NCBI GenBank assembly: GCA_002269645.1 | Contig: NIVC01003414.1 | Coordinates: 1 to 64,000, forward strand | Origin: Macrostomum lignano | Lineage: Eukaryota | Length of the DNA: 64,000 nucleotides | Direction: 5' to 3' | In this document: piece after piece, positions 59,515 through 64,000 of the stretch | Layout: each line of letters starts with the position of its first letter | Position numbering within the stretch: position 1 is the first letter of the stretch | Translations under genes and position numbers: made by a program | Notes under the pieces: model-generated | Seen by the model: the letters and a program-made list of their open reading frames with translations, nothing else | What the model was told of the DNA's origin: nothing | Database searches by the model: none

Positions 59515-62335
59515 GACACCATTCAATCCAATTGCCGGACCACATTCAATCCAATTGCCTGACCACATTCAATCCAATTGCCTGACCACATTCAATCCAA
59601 TTGCCTGACCACATTCAATCCAATTGCCTGACCACATTCAATCCAATTGCCTGACCACATTCAATCCAATTGCCTGACCACATTCAATCCAATTGCCTGA
59701 CCACATTCAATCCAATTGCCTGACCACATTCAATCCAATTGCCTGACCACATTCAATCCAATTGTCTGACCACATTCAATCCAATTGCCTGACCACATTC
59801 AATCCAATTGTCTGACCACATTCAATCCAATTGCCTGACCACATTCAATCCAATTGCCTGACCACATTCAATCCAATTGCCTGACCACATTCAATCCAAT
59901 TGCCTGACCACATTCAATCCAATTGCCTAACCCCATCCAACCCAATTGCTTGACCCCATCCAATCCAATTGCCTGACCCCATCCAATCCAATTGCCTGAC
60001 CCCATCGAGCCAAATTGCCTGACCCCATCCAGCCAAATTGCCTGACCCCATCCAATCCAATTGCCTGACCCCATCCAGCCAAATTGCCTGACCCCATCCA
60101 GCCAAATTGCCTGACCCCATCCAACCCAATTGCCTGACCCCATCTAATCCAATTGCCTGACCACATTCAATCCAATTGCCTGACCCCATCCAACCCAATT
60201 GCCTGACCCCATCCAACCTAATTGCCTGACCACATTCAATCCAATTGCCTGACCCCATCCAACCCAATTGCTTGACCCCATCCAATCCAATTGCCTGACC
60301 CCATCCAATCCAATTGCCTGACCCCATCGAGCCAAATTGCCTGACCCCATCCAGCCAAATTGCCTGACCCCATCCAACCCAATTGCCTGACCCCATCTAA
60401 TCCAATTGCCTGACCACATTCAATCCAATTGCCTGACCCCATCCAACCCAATTGCCTGACCCCATCCAATCCAATTGCCTGACCCCATCCAACCCAATTG
60501 CTTGACCCCATCCAATCCAATTGCCTGACCCCATCCAATCCAATTGCCTGACCCCATCGAGCCAAATTGCCTGACCCCATCCAGCCAAATTGCCTGACCC
60601 CATCCAATCCAATTGCCTGACCCCATCCAGCCAAATTGCCTGACCCCATCCAGCCAAATTGCCTGACCCCATCCAACCCAATTGCCTGACCCCATCTAAT
60701 CCAATTGCCTGACCACATTCAATCCAATTGCCTGACCCCATCCAACCCAATTGCCTGACCCCATCCAATCCAATTGCCTGACCCCATCCAACCCAATTGC
60801 CTGACCCCATCCAGCCGAATTGCCTGACCCCATCCAGCCAAATTGCCTGACCCCATCCAACCCAATTGCCTGACCCCATCCAATCCAATTGCCTGACCCC
60901 ATCCAGCCAAATTGCCTGACCCCATCCAATCCAATTGCCTGACCCCATCCAATCCAATTGCCTGACCCCATCCAATCCAATTGCCTGACCACATCCAATC
61001 CAATTGTCTGACCACATTCAATCCAATTGCCTGACCACATCCAATCCAATTGCCTGACCCCATCCAATCCAATTGCCTGACCCCATCCAACCCAATTGCC
61101 TGACCCCATCCAATCCAATTGCCTGACCCCATCCAATCCAATTGCCTGACCCCATCGAGCCAAATTGCCTGACCCCATCCAACCCAATTGCCTGACCCCA
61201 TCTAATCCAATTGCCTGACCACATTCAATCCAATTGCCTGACCCCATCCAATCCAATTGCCTGACCCCATCCAATCCAATTGCCTGACCACATTCAATCC
61301 AATTGCCTGACCACATTCAATCCAATTGCCTGACCACATTCAATCCAATTGCCTGACCACATTCAATCCAATTGCCTGACCCCATCCAGCCAAATTGCCT
61401 GACCCCATCCAACCCAATTGCCTGACCCCATCCAATCCAATTGCCTGACCACATTCAATCCAATTGCCTGACCCCATCGAGCCAAATTGCCTGACCCCAT
61501 CCAACCCAATTGCCTGACCCCATCCAATCCAATTGCCTGACCACATTCAATCCAATTGCCTGACCCCATCCAACCCAATTGCCTGACCCCATCCAATCCA
61601 ATTGCCTGACCCCATCAAACCCAATTGCCTGACCACATTCAATCCAATTGCCTGACCACATCCAATCCAATTGCCTGACCCCATCCAATCCAATTGCCTG
61701 ACCCCATCCAACCCAATTGCTTGACCCCATCCAACCCAATTGCCTGACCCATCCAATCCAATTGCCTGACCCCATCCAACCCAATTGCCTGACCCCATCC
61801 AATCCAATTGCCTGACCACATTCAATCCAATTGCCTGACCCCATCCAACCCAATTGCCTGACCCCATCCAATCCAATTGCCTGACCCCATCAAACCCAAT
61901 TGCCTGACCACATTCAATCCAATTGCCTGACCACATCCAATCCAATTGCCTGACCCCATCCAATCCAATTGCCTGACCCCATCCAACCCAATTGCTTGAC
62001 CCCATCCAACCCAATTGCCTGACCCATCCAATCCAATTGCCTGACCCCATCCAACCCAATTGCCTGACCACATTCAATCCAATTGCCTGACCCCATCCAA
62101 CCCAATTGCCTGACCCCATCCAATCCAATTGCCTGACCCCATCAAACCCAATTGCCTGACCACATTCAATCCAATTGCCTGACCACATCCAATCCAATTG
62201 CCTGACCCCATCCAATCCAATTGCCTGACCCCATCCAACCCAATTGCTTGACCCCATCCAACCCAATTGCCTGACCCATCCAATCCAATTGCCTGACCCA
62301 ATCCAACCCAATTGCCTGACCCCATCCAATCCAAT
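59515..62335. repeat. 23-bp minisatellite (CAATCCAATTGCCTGACCCCATC), about 120 copies, with higher-order blocks
   Basis: Periodicity read directly. The ORF track repeats at 276-bp (12-unit) intervals. Confidence 0.95.
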
Positions 62336-62369
62336 TTTCAGACTCAAGCGTATCCTCATTCCCTAACTC

Positions 62370-63372
62370 ATTTATTTATTAGAGGTAGAAGAGGCAGGGC
62401 CGTTGTGTGCACCTTGGCGCACTTTAAGCGACATAGGCACACAACCGGCGAGAGGCATTACTGCCCATTCCGCAGACTCCCCTGAGTAGGCTCACAAGCG
62501 CAAGCGCAAGTGCAAGGAGTGGACAGCGGCCCTAACTTTATTTATCGTTAGGCATGTACACTTCACCGTGCCTTGGGGGTTGGCCCTCAAGGGCGTTGAT
62601 TGCACGAGCAGAGCCAAGCCGAGAATCCAATTTAGCCCCAAATTAACGTGGGGGGGTTTCACAAACTCGAAATTTCACAACGTCGAAAGCACCTTCTTTC
62701 ACAAGGTCGAAACTTCACAAGGTCGAAATTTCACAACATCGAAAACTTTAGCAAAGGACTTCATAAGGTCGAAAATTCACAAGGTCGAAATTTCACAACA
62801 TCGAAAACTCGAAAAGCAGCCACTTTCATAAGGTAGAAATTTCACAAGGTCGAAATTTCACAACATCGAAAACTTTAGCAAGAGACTTCATAAGGTCGAA
62901 ATTTCATAAGGTCGAAATTTCACAACGTAGAAAACTACTGTATGGTTCTTGATAGATAAAATTTTCGACTTTGTGAAATTTCGAGCTTATGAAGTTTCGA
63001 CCTTGTGAAAGTGGCTGCACTTGAGTTTTCGATGTTATGAAATTTCGACCTTGTGAAATTTCGACCTTATGAAATCTCTTGCTAGATTTTTCGATGTTGT
63101 GAAATTTCGACCTTGTGAAGTTTCGACCTTGTGAAAGTGGCTGCTATTTGAGTTTTCGATGTTGTGAAATTTCGACCTTATGAAATTTCGACCTTATGAA
63201 GTCTCTTGCTAAAGTTTTCGATGTTGTGAAATTTCGACCTTGTGAAGTTTCGACCTTGTGAAATAATTTACTTTTCGACGTTGTGAAAGCACCCCATTAA
63301 CGTGACTGCACTTGGAATCGAGCCTGGACCGCTGGCACACCAGAGCCTGCGCTAGACCACTGGGCTACGGCC
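62370..63372 (-). mobile_element. tRNA-derived SINE (~350 bp) split by a foldback insertion
   Basis: Head GGCCGTAGCCCAGTGG (A box) and GGCTCGATTCC (B box) at 63372-63310; body 62641-62380; (TAAA)n tail; second truncated copy at 15314. Confidence 0.75.
62651..63295. mobile_element. Foldback-type element with modular inverted arms
   Basis: 9-bp TSD ATTAACGTG (62642-62650 / 63296-63304). The arms are built of TTTCACAAGGTCGAAA modules in opposite orientation around a ~27-bp spacer. Confidence 0.85.
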
Positions 63373-63599
63373 ACTGTCCGTCACTCATTGAGATAACGTA
63401 AAAATACGTGGTGATTTCGTTCATTTTACGCTCAGTACAGTGATGATACATGTCTGTAAAATACAGCGAGGCATGAATACCTCGCTCCAATGATAAAATT
63501 CATAAAATATATTTCATGGCACAGGCGTACATAACTACTTGACAAAAGACTTCGCATTTCAACTGCTGGCAACTGGTGCCAAGGAACTAAAGTGTCACC

Positions 63600-64000
63600 A
63601 TGCTCAGCTAAGGGATTTGGGATGCTTAGCTAAGGGATTTGGGATGCTTAGCTAAGGGATTTGGGATGCTTTGCTAAGGGATTTGGGATGCTTAGCTAAG
63701 GGATTTGGGATGCTTAGCTAAGGGATTTGGGATCATTAGCTAAGGGATTTGGGATGCTTTGCTAAGGGATTTGGGATGCTTAGCTAAGGGATTTGGGATG
63801 CTTTGCTAAGGGATATGGGATGCTTAGCTAAGGGATTTGGGATGCTTAGCTAAGGGATTTGGGATGCTTTGCTAAGAGATTTGGGATGTTTTGCTAAGGG
63901 ATTTGGGATGCTTAGCTAAGGGATTTGGGATGCTTAGCTAAGGGATTTGGGATCATTAGCTAAGGGATTTGGGATGCTTAGCTAAGGGATTTGGGATGCT
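63600..64000. repeat. 22-bp minisatellite (GCTAAGGGATTTGGGATGCTTA), runs off the window end
   Basis: Read directly. Confidence 0.95.

Noticed and set aside
59868-62359. WG/GW-rich ORFs resembling Argonaute-hook proteins
   Set aside because: All three minus frames are open because the 23-bp unit lacks stops. There is no unique coding sequence, start context or splice sites.

Overview
Eukaryotic (animal) genomic DNA with GC-rich exons, AT-rich or minisatellite-filled introns and many transposons. The style and the presence of USP paralogues suggest a flatworm such as Macrostomum, which is an inference. Host genes: two tandem universal-stress-protein paralogues (-), ORC2 (+), a two-RRM Sxl/ELAV-family gene (+), DNAJB6-like (-), a small secreted WSC-domain protein (+), and a fragmentary unknown gene (-) whose last codons are split by a transposon. 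Mobile DNA: (1) a young 11.4-kb LTR retroelement (1629-13041) with 2.2-kb LTRs, a tRNA-Leu PBS, gag, a -1 frameshift signal and protease, but no RT, RNase H or integrase; it also has an antisense spliced unit ending in a candidate membrane anchor and an aberrant extra 3' end; (2) a complete 7.1-kb CACTA/EnSpm element (49645-56743) with an intact 767-aa transposase and a 7-exon, 397-aa accessory gene with a BEN-like C-terminus; (3) a 5'-truncated RTE LINE with a nested (GAA)-tailed retroposon; (4) tRNA-derived SINEs, a foldback element and several MITEs. About a dozen different minisatellite arrays (20-72-bp units) account for most spurious ORFs in the supplied track. All coordinates and alignments were read by eye; no database searches were run.
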